Below, piece after piece: positions 36,505 through 48,825 of a DNA stretch of 64,000 bases (position 1 is the first letter of the stretch; each line of letters starts with the position of its first letter). The DNA is from Felis catus (lineage: Eukaryota). Where the stretch lies: contig NC_058373.1 in the NCBI RefSeq assembly GCF_018350175.1, positions 113,896,001 through 113,960,000 on the forward strand. Reading direction: 5' to 3'. The notes below the pieces were generated by a model. The model saw nothing but the letters and a program-made list of their open reading frames with translations. It did not search any database and was not told where the DNA came from. The translations under genes and the position numbers were made by a program.

Positions 36505-36900
36505 ACTAATATAGTGTGGTGATAAAAAAAAAACTTGGGCTTTGGAGTCAAATGATCCTGGATTTAAATCTCAGCTTTGCCACTTAGCAGCTGTATGTCT
36601 TTAGAAAGTGAATTAACCTCGGGGCACCTGGATGGCTCAGTCAGTTGAGGGTCGGACTTCGGCTCAGGTCATGATCTCATGGTTTGTGAGTTGAAGCCCC
36701 GTGTCAGGCTCTGTGCTGACAGCTCAGAGCCTGGAGCCTACTTCAGATTCTGTTTCCCTCTTTCTCTACCCCTCCCCCACTTACACTCTGTCTTTCTCTC
36801 TCTCTCAAAAATAAACATTAAAAATTTTTAAGAAAGTGAATTAACCTCTCTGAGCCTCAGTTTTCTCATCTGTAAAATAGGGATTATAACACTGATCTTG
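36505..36900 (+). mobile_element. MIR split by a SINEC insertion
   Basis: GGCTTTGGAGTCAAATGATCCTGGATTTAAATCTCAGCTTTGCCACTTAG... resumes after the SINE as CTCTGAGCCTCAGTTTTCTCATCTGTAAAATAGGG. Confidence 0.85.
36621..36830 (+). mobile_element. SINEC
   Basis: Perfect 18-bp TSD AGAAAGTGAATTAACCTC at 36603-36620 and 36831-36848. Confidence 0.96.
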
Positions 36901-36929
36901 CTGGTGTGCTGTATGCTATCAAAAGAGAT

Positions 36930-37180
36930 AGCATAGCATGGTGACCAAGAGGCAAGACTTTGCATTCCAGTAAATCTGGGGTCTGGGCTTTAGCTTCAAG
37001 TTCTGGTTCTTCCATGACCTTTTGCTGTATTTGTGAACTCTGTAAACTCACTTTCTTTGCCTGTAAAATGAGTATAATACTGTGCCCTGAAAAATAGGAC
37101 AGTGGTCAGAATTAAAGAGAGGTAATCCACAAGTAGGGCTTAGCAGACTAACCAGCTCATAGTAAGGGATCAATTAATTT
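36930..37180 (+). mobile_element. MIR
   Basis: AGCATAGCATGGTGACCAAGAG...CCTGTAAAATGAGTATAATA...AGGGCTTAGCA. Confidence 0.6.
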
Positions 37181-37744
37181 GGACTCTTCTGGGAACAGTG
37201 ATGATAATTTTGAAGTTAGGCTCATTGCTCATACAGAGTAACTGCTTAATAAATGGTATGTTTGAAAAAAGAACAATATTAGGACTTTGGGAACCTCCTA
37301 AATTAATGTCACCGTTTTTCTCGAATTCTCTCTTCTCCAGGGGAGGTAAAGCAAATACCTGTTATCTCTGTGAGATATTTGTTTCACCTTGAAAATGGAA
37401 TGATGAACAATTTTTATGTGCCATACTCCTTCCTTTGTTCCAAAATAAGACAGTTCTGTTATGATTTCAGGGGTTATTTTTGAATTTTGGAGGACTGAGT
37501 TGCCACAGGGGCTCTCTCCCACCAGGTGATCATTAGGAGAACTTTATGTACCTTGGGTGTTTAGTCAGCTTGTTCAGAACTAATGAAGTTGGCTCTAGAA
37601 GCTGTGGTTTGGGGAGATTGTGATATCTCAGGGTTTCCATTGGCTTCCACTTCCTTCTGTGAGAGATGCTTCTTCCCCCTTCTGCTCATTTGCTGTGTGA
37701 GTCTCAGCAAGACATTTCACCTCAATCAGACCTTCTAACTGTAT

Positions 37745-37990
37745 GGCCCAGGTATGAATCCATGCTCTGTCTTGTTGTGCCCTGGCCAAGTTACTCAACT
37801 TCACTGTACCTTATTCTCCACCTTTGTAAATAGGTAGGTAGGTAGGTAGGTAGGTAGGTAGGTAGGTAGATAGACAGATAGACAGACAAATAAAAAAAGG
37901 AATGGTCCTACACTACAGGGTTTTGTGAGGATTGAATGAGCTATTACATGTAAAGAGTACTTTAAAAGTATTCAGTGATGTTTATTATTA
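37745..37990 (+). mobile_element. MIR containing a tetranucleotide expansion
   Basis: GGCCAAGTTACTCAACTTCACTGTACCT...GGGTTTTGTGAGGATTGAATGAG. Confidence 0.7.
37831..37888. repeat. (TAGG)n(TAGA/CAGA)n tetranucleotide STR
   Basis: About 9 TAGG units followed by mixed TAGA/CAGA units. Confidence 0.95.
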
Positions 37991-38994
37991 TGTCATTTAC
38001 TAAAAAAATAAAATAATCCGGTACTGTAATATTTTAAGTTTATGAACACTTTCTACATTTTGAAAGCTCAGGAACTTCAGCTTCTGTTGGGGTCTCGAAA
38101 GCACTTGGTGAAGAATATCTTTGCTTGAAAAGAGCCACCAGGTGTCCACTGTGTCTTAAAGAGGTGATCAAATGCAGTGCCTCTCAGTTCGTGCAAGGAG
38201 GGAGATGATAGGGATCAACAGGGTTGTTGTGAGGGTGCTCAGAGCAGCGTGGGGAAGACCCTGAGGTCAGGGCAGCCCCTTGGGAGGGAGCTGCCACCCC
38301 AATCAGGAAGGTCTCACAAGGTGGATTTTAACTGGTGATGTGGCCTGAGCCAAATTTCAGCCCAGAGCTTATCACATTCAGGTGGACCTGCCCCTGTTCA
38401 TGGTCCCAAAGCTCCCAGACCAGACTGAGCTATAAATTGTTAATTTGACAGTGAGAAAGCTGTTCTGTGCACTGGATAGGCACGCTAGTCTAACTAGCAC
38501 ATTTCCCTTTCAAAGCAAGTTACATGTGGAAGCAAATTATCGGAAGGTTACTTGGGTAAGTATGGAGTCAATAATATGGGAGCTACGTGATTTGGATGTT
38601 GACGGTGGGTGTCCATTAGCCTGCTGCCTCTATCTCCGCGGCCCAGATCTACCTGCCAGGTGGTTCATGTGCTCACCTGAGTCACACAGGGCCCCCTGAC
38701 AGTCAGGTTTTGAATCCACACAGCCATCATTTGCCTCTCTGGGTATCCTTTATATATATTAGTTTTTTGGCTAACTTCCTCCTCACATGTTTCTGGTGCG
38801 TTTTCTTAATGTAAATTTTATTTTTCATCAAAGTAAGGCATGTATATTGTTATATAAATCTAATAATACTTAAACCAAAAAACAGCATTTCCCTGCCCCA
38901 AATCTACTTCTCGAACCCTTTGATTCCTACTCTCTGGGAGCAGCCATTTTCAAATTGCTGAGTTGTTGATTCTGCTAGTTACCTCCCCATTTCT

Positions 38995-39204
38995 TTCTTT
39001 TTTTTTAATGTTTTATTTTACTTTTGAGAGAGAAAGAGACAGCATGTGAGCGGGGAAGGGGCAGAGAGAAAGGGAGACGCAGAATCTGAAGCAGGCTCCA
39101 AGCTGTCAGCACAGAGTCTGACGCAGGGCTCGAACCCATGAGCTGGGAGATCATGACCTGAGCCAAAGTCCGGTGCTTAACTGACTGAGCCACCCAGGCA
39201 CCCC
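38995..39204 (-). mobile_element. SINEC
   Basis: TSD TACCTCCC(C/T)ATTTCT at 38980-38994 and 39205-39219. Confidence 0.95.
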
Positions 39205-39544
39205 TACCTCCCTATTTCTAAATGATATGCTTGAATTGCTATTTCTTGATGTTTTTATTGAAGATGATTCTATGAAAGATGACCATTGAATCCCCATCCT
39301 CCCTTTCAGTTTCACTTTTCGCTTCTTTCCAGTGTGGTCTTATCTTAATATTTAGTTAAAACCATATTTAACGTTTATGTTGTGCCAATGTAAGTATTCA
39401 TGGAGAGCTACAAAATGTACCATGATTATGTTACCTCCTTTCTTTCTCCTTCCTTCATCCCTCCCCCCCCTCTCTCCCTCCTTTCCTTTCTTCCTTCCTT
39501 CTATTTTTTAATTTCCCTTTGGGACATACTTCTCCGCCTATTCT

Positions 39545-40135
39545 CCATCTTTAAATTAATAAGGGCATTTGAAACCTTAACTGCCGTACCTTCACCACAC
39601 CTAACAAAATTAACAAGTCATTAATATCATCCAATACCTAGCCTCTATTCAAATTTCCCTGATTGTCTCAAAGATGTCCTTTTACAGTTGGTTAATTTGA
39701 ATAAGGACCTAAATAAAGCTCACAAATTATACTTGGTTGTTATATTCCCTAATATTCTTTTGTTCTATAATAACACCCCCTCTACCCCTCTTTTGTTTGT
39801 GACATTGATTTGTTGGAGAAATTGGATGTAGAGTGCTACACATTCTAGATTTGGTAGATGGTTTCCTCATAGTGTTGTTTAAATTGTTCTTCTGTATCCT
39901 ATAAATGAGTGGTTATTGGATTAGGGCTTAGATTTTTTAAGTAAAAATATTCTATAGGTGGTGCTGTTTACTTCCTATTTTATCATGTCACAAGACAATG
40001 TCTGTTGTAACACCTTTAATGGTGATTAAATTGATTAGTGGGTTCAGATGATGGCATCTGATCATTCTGTTGCCAAGTTCCTTGTCAACTTTTCACCTAA
40101 TCCATTGATGCTCATTACCCAGATCCATCATTTTA
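39545..40135 (-). mobile_element. L1MC4/L1MC5-like 3' UTR fragment
   Basis: CACACCTAACAAAATTAACAA...ATTCAAATTTCCCTGATTGTCTCAAA...TTGGTTGTTAT matches the remembered L1MC 3' end. Confidence 0.72.
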
Positions 40136-40777
40136 TGGGGTACATATTCTGTCCTTTCATTGTGCAATTCAGTTCTGAGCCAGTAAGTGCTGATTACCTA
40201 GTCTGACTCCAGTTTAACTCTAAGTACTACCAAATAGCTGACTGAATTTACATGAAAGTAATATGCTAGTGTGTTATATTGATTAATGTTTTTATGTGAA
40301 CCTCTAGTTGAGCTTTGCTTTTGGCTTAGAAAACAGAAACAGAAAAGTGGAAAGCTTTCTTGTCAGTCATGTTGAAAAGTAACTGGCAGAGAAAAAAATT
40401 TTTTTAAGAAGTGGAACAAATTAGAAAACTCTGCTTTAGTTTCTAATGCCTCCTTTCTCCAGGGTGGGAAAACTCTGCAGTCTAAAAGGGTCTTCTTTGC
40501 CTGTGAAAGAAATGGAGGGAAGCTACCAGAATGGACATAGAACACACAGTCATTTGAGGACTTTTTGGTTGCTGTTGTGTTTTAGTTTTCACTCCCCTAA
40601 TTGCTAAGAAGTCTTTCATAAAGATTTTCCCTAAACCCTGCTGCATATGAATTAGGGCTTTTCCTTTCCTCTGTTTCGGGACTGGTGCCCTTTGATGCAT
40701 TTTAGCAGAATTTAGCTTCTAAATACAATTTAAAACATACATATATGCATGCACACACTCACGATTCTCTCAATTGA

Positions 40778-40778
<1 letters not shown>

Positions 40779-40816
<38 letters not shown>
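40779..40816. repeat. (ATT)n microsatellite
   Basis: About 12 perfect units. Confidence 0.96.
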
Positions 40817-40817
<1 letters not shown>

Positions 40818-42349
40818 TTTCCTGCAAGGACCTGCCCTGTAGGAGCCAAATTCAGTGGCAGGATGGAACTATGGAGGTACCTTCCATCTCCTTCTTGCAA
40901 GGCCCTAGTGTCTCTTGGCTGGGGAGCATTTTTCCATGCTTTTTAAAGACCTGTTTGGATTAAAATGAATTCCTGGTGTAAATGCCTGGCCTGTTATTGA
41001 TACAGGTTGGTTACCTTTGTAGTGCCTTCCAGTATTCCAGAATTTAAGTCCTCCTCTAAAATACTCTGTAGTTCAAATTCTCATAATATCGGGGCCTCTT
41101 CTGCCATTTATAAAAACCTTCCACATAACTTTCAATGACTAAATTGCACCCTTCTTTCAAGGCCCAGATCAAATGACACTTTCTCTGTGTCCCCCAGGGA
41201 GAAGCCATCTCTTCCCATCTTCTAGACTCCAGTGGCTCCCTCTTTTCATCCTCCTATGACAAGGATTGTTTGCTCCCTTTCATTATAGTTTGTTTCCATA
41301 CTCATGTTGCTTCTCCCTTTTAACAGAAAAATATCAGTCTTGTCTTTGTTTTGTTTTGACCATGACTAGTATGTAATAAATATTTTATCAGCATTTTAAA
41401 TTGTAAAAATTGAATAAAATGACTTGAGTAATTTTATTTTGTCAGATATCCAGCTTCTATTTCAGTTATGCTTCAGATATCTACAGGGGACTCTGTCAGT
41501 CAGATGTAGGGCCAGATATTCTATTTCAGAAGAGGGAGGAAAAAAATGCATAGAGGAATTAACCTGGAATTTGGAGTCAGAAGACTAGATTCAACACCCA
41601 TCTCAATCACTCCAGAGTCACTGCTTTAGAGTAGTTGCTATGTTACTGGGTGCCCTCCCTGGTAGTCTGAAGATCTGTAGCAAAAGTCAGGTAAGACAAT
41701 TTAAGATCTAGCTCATTAGAAAGAAGGAAGGGGAGAAAAGACTGTGTGGATTTATGAGTAGCAGTGGATGGTACAGGGATGGAGTCTTGGGCTCTCACAG
41801 CCCTTCATCATGGTGCTGGCTGGGGAAAAGAGGTCCAGGAGGGATTCCACTCTATAGCTGTGTTGGGAAGGATGAGTGTACAAAACTCATGGGGGTGCTC
41901 ATTAGAAAGAAGATGGTGAGGGCTGGGGAGGGAAGCCATAAATATACACTTTACTCTTTAATCCCTTGAAGTCTTGCCCAAACCTACCAGTCCCAGATAC
42001 AGCTTTTTCTCACTTCTTGCTTCCACTGTCCTCTCTTAGGAACTACTTGGCTGAAATAATAAATGGGGACTTCTACTTAACTTCTAATAAACACAACCAG
42101 CGCTTGAATAGCTTCACATTAGTAACAGAGGACCACCTTCAGGGAGAGCATAGAGATTCTAACACTACTGATAGTTACCTCTGTAGAGAGAGGAAATAAA
42201 ACCAAGATCCCACTGTTTTGGGCATCACAGCTTCGCAAGCGTCTTCTCCTTGATTCAGAAAGACATTGAGACCCAGCTTTCTCATGGAAGTTATTCCTTT
42301 ACCATCAGTCTGCCTCCCTGTGGGAGGTGCACTCTCCTTCAGGATCTAA

Positions 42350-42510
42350 GAGTATAAAGAGCATGGGATCTGGAGTCAGTAGACCTGAGTTTGGGTCCAT
42401 TTATGTGCCATAGTAAACTTTAGGCTACTCACTTTTCCTCTCTGATGTGGAAAGAGGTGTAATACCTACCTTTCCACTAGATGATAAGGAGGTTCAGATG
42501 AGATTTTGTA
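42350..42510 (+). mobile_element. MIR
   Basis: AAAGAGCATGGGATCTGGAGTCAGTAGACCTGAGTTTG...AATACCTACCT. Confidence 0.6.
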
Positions 42511-42879
42511 TTTGTATATGTGTGTGTATATAGCCCCTTCATTTTTCTGAAGCAACATAGGGAATGCTTCCCTATTACCAAGTTATTTCAAAAGCTACAT
42601 CTTGCTATGGGTGAGAATCGGAGCCATGTTGTGGTCTAATGGCTCTTCTGCTTACTAGTGTGAGCAGTTCCCTCCACCTCTTGGCACCTTGCTTTTGTCT
42701 CTTGTGAAATGGTCAAGAATATCAGATGTCCAGAGAAGGAAGTTATTTGAGGTAGAAAATGTGCAAGGCAGACTCTATAGGACTGGTGAGTTACCATGAC
42801 GCTGTCTCCACTACTACCTATTTCATTTCTTCCAACAGCATTTAGAATACCACAGTAGTTTTCCAGATGCTGTGCTTGA

Positions 42880-43095
42880 ACGTGGCGTGTCTGGTTGAAA
42901 GAAGTGATTTTGGAATCACATAGATGTGGCTGCTAGCTGCAAGCTATGCAAGTTACAGAATAACTTTATCCCGAAAGTGGAAGAATAATGTCACCTACTG
43001 CCTAAGATTGCAATAAGGATGAAAGGAGGCTATGTAAATAAGGCATTGGGCATACTGTTTGGCACCCGCTGGGTACTCAGTAAGTATTAGTTTTC
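42880..43095 (+). mobile_element. MIR
   Basis: TTTTGGAATCACATAGA...TATGTAAATAAGGCATTGGGCATACTGTTTGGCAC...TACTCAGTAAGTATTAG. Confidence 0.6.
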
Positions 43096-44964
43096 TTCCC
43101 TTGGGCTACATTTGGCTCTACAGATTTTAACTTGATCAAATCACATTTATTAAAAGTTCCAAATAAGGAAGGCATGGTACTACATAGGTACTTTAATCTT
43201 AGGGTGCTAAGAGACCGTCAGGTTGGGATGAAGGGCAGAGGGAGACAGTTATGTTTGTTTCTTAACTAACAATAGTGGTATCTCACCTCCTTGCCCTGGT
43301 TCTGAGCCTGCTGAGTCACTGTTGCAGCCCCATAGCCCCATGATCTCTGGCTGTGCCATGGAATACAGCAAAGCCCACAAGAAACCAGCACTAATAAATG
43401 GCAGATCATTTTGAGGGATTTTTGTTTGCGTTCCTATGCTTGGTCCCCTGGTGAGATAGGAAACCTTTAATAAGACTTTTCCTAAATGATGCTGCATGTG
43501 AAATGTGGATTTTTTTTCCCTCTCTGTTCTCCTAACAAATGACCATTTCATGAGGTTTCCTTTCATTTTTTTTTTTCTTCTTCTTTCCTGCTTCTCAGTA
43601 CATTCCACAAAGAGCTTATTCCTCTGCTGGTTACTGATTGATGGTTCTACTCTGTGTGCCCTTTAATTTTGCAATAAACCAACAAGGAGTTGAGACCACA
43701 AACTTAAAGAGAATTGACTTATTTATTTGACTGGATTCACTGGAGTAACAGGCAGATTTAGTCATTTCAGTGTGGTCCTGGGGAGGGCAGGAGGAGTCCG
43801 TGAGCAGGAAGGCTGTGCTGTAAATAACCAGACAGAGAAGAGCTTCCTTGTTCTCCTGTTCCAAAGCAGCTGGACATTCGTTTTGCAGTGGCTATCCCTT
43901 TCCAGGCCTGGATGGGATCAAGAAGTCTTCCACAAGACTTGTCCACAGCTCCAGGATTCTGAATTCAGTGGGACTTCAGATATGCAGAAATGGAAAGCCA
44001 CCACCCACAGGTCCCACGTTCCTTTTTTTCAAAGGGGATCATGGTGATGCCCCTTAAATGACTGCAGGCATGGCTGCAAACCTACCCGGGTCACCAGTCC
44101 TTCCAGGCCTGGCCTCTTGGCTGGATGATGTCAAGAACCAAGAATAAACCTCTGCCCCAACTACCTCCATCCCTGCTGGGTCTTCACCGTAAGACCAGGG
44201 CCTCCACCACAGTGCACCAGCACTAATACCTTTTGTGAATCAATTACCAACCATGTGAAGAAGCAATTGATTCACCATCGTGTGGTGTAGCCAGTCTGCA
44301 AAGAAATGCAAACACTGCAAGTTGGAAAGCAAGAACACACTTTTTGAGTGGTCGCATGGATCCTAAGTAAACTAAAGATAGCCCTTTTAGGGTATTTAAA
44401 AACACAGATACCATTATCATTAATATTTAAGGATTGCAGCATACCCAGTGCTGTTCTCTGTGAGTTGAAGCGGAGCTGGAAAGATAACTGCCCGAATGGA
44501 ATTTGTCCCAGCTGTGAGCTCCTTGCCCAGATCCCAGTGTTGTTTGTGGCTCTACCTCATTTAACCAGCTAGCTGCCTGTTCTCGTTCTGCTCTCATGTG
44601 GCAACCTTTCTTCTGAAACTCTTGTCATCACATTTTAGCAGAAGTGAAAATATTAGCAGAAGGTTCATGGCCAAGACAGAAATAGAATCCAGGAGCCTGT
44701 GTCTTTTCTTTTGCCATACCTGCTGGAGCATGGTTCCTCCCTGGACTGAAGACTCAGTGTTTCCAGCTCTACCAAACGGCATTCTAACAGCCGGCTGCTG
44801 AAAGTTTGTCTTACTCTTAAACATTTGGTACAGTTTTCCTTTAATGTGATTTTGCACTAAATAACATGGCACTTGGTCAGTCTGATACCAGCAAATGCCA
44901 TGCACTGAAGAAATGGATCAACAAATGTCCATGAGGCTGTGAATTTTCCTGTCAAGAACATTTT

Positions 44965-45165
44965 GTGTGGAAGAACCAGCATGCACTAGAGGTCCAGACA
45001 GACCTAGTGTGAATCTGGCTCTTCTGTGTGCTAGCTACGTAGTCTCAGAAAATTGCTCAATGTCTCTGAACCTCAGTTTCCTCGTCTTCAAAATTATGAT
45101 AATAATGTTTGTATGTATGTAAAGCACTTGGTACAGGGTTGTATCCACAGGAAGTAGACATTAGT
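44965..45165 (+). mobile_element. MIR
   Basis: TCTCTGAACCTCAGTTTCCTCGTCTTCAAAAT...GTAAAGCACTTGGTACAG. Confidence 0.7.
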
Positions 45166-45574
45166 TTCCTCCCTTCTCCCTTCCCACTTTTAGAATGGGG
45201 ACAGGAAGGCAAAAACACGTGAAATCTCAGAACATTTACACTGTAGGTAGAGAGGTAAGAATAACATGTGACATAGAGAAAAAAATCCTTGTACTGAATT
45301 ACTTGGTACCGATTCTAAAATGGGAGCATTAGGAACTGAGAGATCAGTTAGTTGCAGAGAGCATGGTTGGGAAAGACTTCATGGAAGAGGTGGGATTTGA
45401 ACTGGCTCTGCAAAGATGGAAGCGTGAAGAAGAGTGAAGAAGGACATTTCAGCCTGGGGCACTTGGCATGGGGATGAGAGCTGGAGTGAGTGAACCACGA
45501 GAAACAGAGAGATAGAGTGAGGATGTCATAAACCTCAGTGTTCCCACTGGAAAAACTGGCGTGGGTAGATATAA

Positions 45575-45805
45575 TAAGTAAAAAGCTAATAGTTGTTAGG
45601 CACCTGCTAGGTATTAGGCACTGTCTTAAGTGCTTTCTGTGCTAACTCATTTATTCTCACAACAGGTACAATTGTCCTCTCATTACACCGTTGAAGAAAG
45701 TGAGGCACAGAGAGATTAAGTTATCTACCTGAAATGATACAGCTGGGTGGTGGTGGAGTTGAGACAGAGGCCCCGGGAGGTCTGGTTCAAGAGCCCACCC
45801 TCCTA
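45575..45805 (-). mobile_element. MIR
   Basis: AGGCACTGTCTTAAGTGCTTT...GAAGAAAGTGAGGCACAGAGAGATTAAGTTA. Confidence 0.75.
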
Positions 45806-45909
45806 ACATACAACAGCAGCTTCAGTTACTGCCCAGCTTCCCTCATGAGGTAGTGAGGATCAACTGAGACCATTCTGTGAACATCCTCTGAAAAATATAA
45901 AGCATCACA

Positions 45910-46033
45910 GGTGCCAGCGTGGCTCAGTAGGTTAAGCGTCACACTCTTGATTTCAGCTCAGGTCATGATCTTGCGGTTCCTGAGTTCAAACCCCACATTG
46001 GGCTGTTCACTGGCAGTGTGGAGCCTGCTTGAG

Positions 46034-46075
<42 letters not shown>

Positions 46076-46083
46076 CCTCCTCT

Positions 46084-46123
<40 letters not shown>

Positions 46124-46153
46124 AATAAACAGTTTTTTAAAAATCTAAGAGAA
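45910..46153 (+). mobile_element. SINEC
   Basis: Perfect TSD ATAAAGCATCACA at 45897-45909 and 46154-46166, with two long (CT)n runs. Confidence 0.95.
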
Positions 46154-47229
46154 ATAAAGCATCACACACACATGAAATGCTGTCATTATTCTTGTTAATG
46201 ACATTAGATGAGAAGTGAACATCAAGATAGGCAACGCAAAATGAGGAAGGAAAAAATTATAGGATAGCATTTCTCTGCAGTTATATTTAGCAGCTCATGT
46301 CCCTCACCATCCCCTCTAGCAACTCAGAGGCCTGACAAAACCTCACACTTCCTCTTAGGACAGCACTCTGGGGGGCCATTCCCAAGCCACCAGGGTACAC
46401 ACTGGAGATTCTAAAAGGCTATTTGTCATCTGGCATTGGGGCTTGTGCCTTAAGTATGATTTGCCCTTGGCCAGGACATCATTTTATGGGCCTGTAGCAC
46501 ATGATTGGGAGCTGGCTTGTTAGTGACTGTGATCAAAGATCTCCACTCCAAGGGCATTGCCATGGAGGGAGGCCCGTCCTCACTCATTATGTAAATATTT
46601 AGCCATTTTAATGTATTTGTTCTGGCCATTCTTCTTCTGTCTCTCTTATGTTGACTCTGTTTAATTGTAGGTTATTATTGTTTGTGTATGTTGATGTCAT
46701 TTATTTAAGTATGGACACAAACGGATAGCTTCAGCTCCCAACTCCCTGCCCCCCTTATAAAAAACACGCCTTACACAATATCCCTTCTATGAGGATATCA
46801 AATAGTTTTTGTTCAAAGGCGTATCTGATGAGGCTGCTATCTTGGATATTTGTTCCTAGGCAGATGTTTTGACCTCCTTTTGAACAGGTTGTGAATGACC
46901 TTTGCTCTCATTTTATGCTACAGATTCACTTTGGAGATAGAATACATCTCCAATACCTGAATGCAATGCACCCAGTTACTGAGTTTGGAGAGCTCTTGGA
47001 ATGAATGCCATTTGCCTTAGTGGCCTAGAAATACAGAAGTCAGATTAGTGTTGGCTCATCCTCCTTTGGAGGCTTCTCAGAGGTGGGGTGGAAGTCAGTC
47101 GCCCCTCTGGGCTTCAGCTCCTCCCTACTTAAGCCACTATAAGAATGGCTGGGGCTGGAGTATAGCAGAGTTGGTGTTTATCAGACTGGACTCCCCCAAG
47201 AGCTGTATTTTCAGACCCCTGGGAGCAAG

Positions 47230-47460
47230 TGACTCAACACAACTATTTTCTTGATCTCAAATGAGTCTCAGGAGGGGAAATCAGTCAATAGCAGCCGCCT
47301 GTGATGGACTGATCATGAAGCTGTGTCTTTCTAACCCTCCTTGCAAATAAAAAGAGGGGAATCCCCAGAGCCCAGGCGTACACGTGAATAGAAAGCACCA
47401 TCAAGTAACAAAAACACCTAAAAAGGTCAGCAGAAACTCAGGGGGCTGTTGGAAATTCAC
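47230..47460. promoter_or_regulatory. Candidate inducible enhancer (AP-1, NF-kB, E-box cluster)
   Basis: TGACTCA 47230-47236, GGGGAATCCCC 47356-47366, CACGTG 47381-47386 and GGAAATTCAC 47451-47460, all in repeat-free DNA. Confidence 0.45.
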
Positions 47461-48588
47461 CTCCCCTGCCTTTCTGTGGTGCTCAGTGGGCAGTAATGGG
47501 GTGGGCGAGGACAACCAAACAAACCACGCAAAAGTGACTTGGCCACAAGAAATACATGGTGCAGTGAAGGCTGGTAGGAAGGTTTCTTCCACATCTGTGA
47601 ACCTCAGAGTCATCCAGCAATTGGCCTTGTCCATTTCCAAGCCCCAGCTGGCCAGAGGCCTATTTGGTCCCATGCTAATGGCAAAATTGCATACAGTTGG
47701 CGAGTGCACCTTTAGAACTGCCACACACTGTCGCAGTTCACCAATGGTGCATGTTATTTCCTGCAACAACCCTGAGATCACTGACAGGATGTCGCCAAGG
47801 TTGGGCTGCAGGTGGAAACAGCACACCAGGCTGCTGTTTGTGGCCTCATTACAACTGTCACCCCATTTGAGACCCGGAACCAGCATGTGTTAACCTCAGC
47901 CCCATCAGAGCCAGTGGAACAGCATGTTGACAGTGGAACCATAGCTTTTCACGCCTACACAGTAGCCACCAGCCCAGTTTCCACTGCATCCCCTCACATG
48001 TGTACCCCTGGAGAAGTAGGCCAAAGAGAAAGCCACCCTACAGTGCTACAATTTTCTTGGATGTTTATTTTGACCAAATGGCAGGCACAGTTTTACTTCA
48101 ATGCATTTCTTCTGAACTCAGTGGTCTAGACGATGGCTAACATGAGACAGAAACAGTATTATTATCAATCTCTGTATGATTGAGTGTGTGTTTGTGCAAA
48201 GCTGTGGAGATTCATTTCTCTTCATCTATGTGGCCTCATACTGAGCCAATATCTTCATCAGGGACTCTCCTACCTGAGGGACTCTCCTACTAAACAGTGT
48301 TTCTTGAGCATCGCCTGTGAATTCCACAGTGACACCTACAACAGATTTTCCTCCAGGTCCATAGTAAGAGGTTTGAATTTTTATCGAGATTTGAAAGTAT
48401 TCTCACCATAAATGCAAAATTATTTGAAGTTGTGTCCCTCATTTTTTTTTTCCTCCTCTCTTCCTCAGCCACTGCCAATTGGTTCTGTGTAAAACAGATT
48501 TCTTAAGGGTAGATGATGAGAAACAATGATAAGGTGGAATTTTAAGTATAACACTCATCCTACCGCAAATTGAAATGTATAACATTTT

Positions 48589-48825
48589 GGGGGCACTGGA
48601 TGGCTCAGTTGGTTAAGCGTCTGACTCTGGATTTCGGTTCAGGTCACGATCTTGCGGTTCATGAATTTGAGCTTGTAGGTCTCTGTGCTGATGGCACAGA
48701 GCCTACCTGGTATTCTCTTTCTCTCCCTCTCTCTCTGCTCCTCCCCTACTCATGCGTGTTCTCTCTCTCCCTCTCTCTCCCCCCCAAAATAAATAAATAA
48801 ATAAAACTTAAAAAAATAAATTTAA
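48589..48825 (+). mobile_element. SINEC
   Basis: TSD GAAATGTAT(A/G)ACATTTT at 48572-48588 and 48826-48842. Confidence 0.95.

Noticed and set aside
38132..38150. Second CTCF-like motif GCCACCAGGTGTCCAC
   Set aside because: Several mismatches in the 3' core and no supporting context.
47384..47893. Overlapping 169-aa (+) and 161-aa (-) ORFs
   Set aside because: No recognisable domain or RAD51B similarity, the + ORF starts at GTG, and there is no convincing exon structure. ORFs of this length occur by chance in 64 kb.
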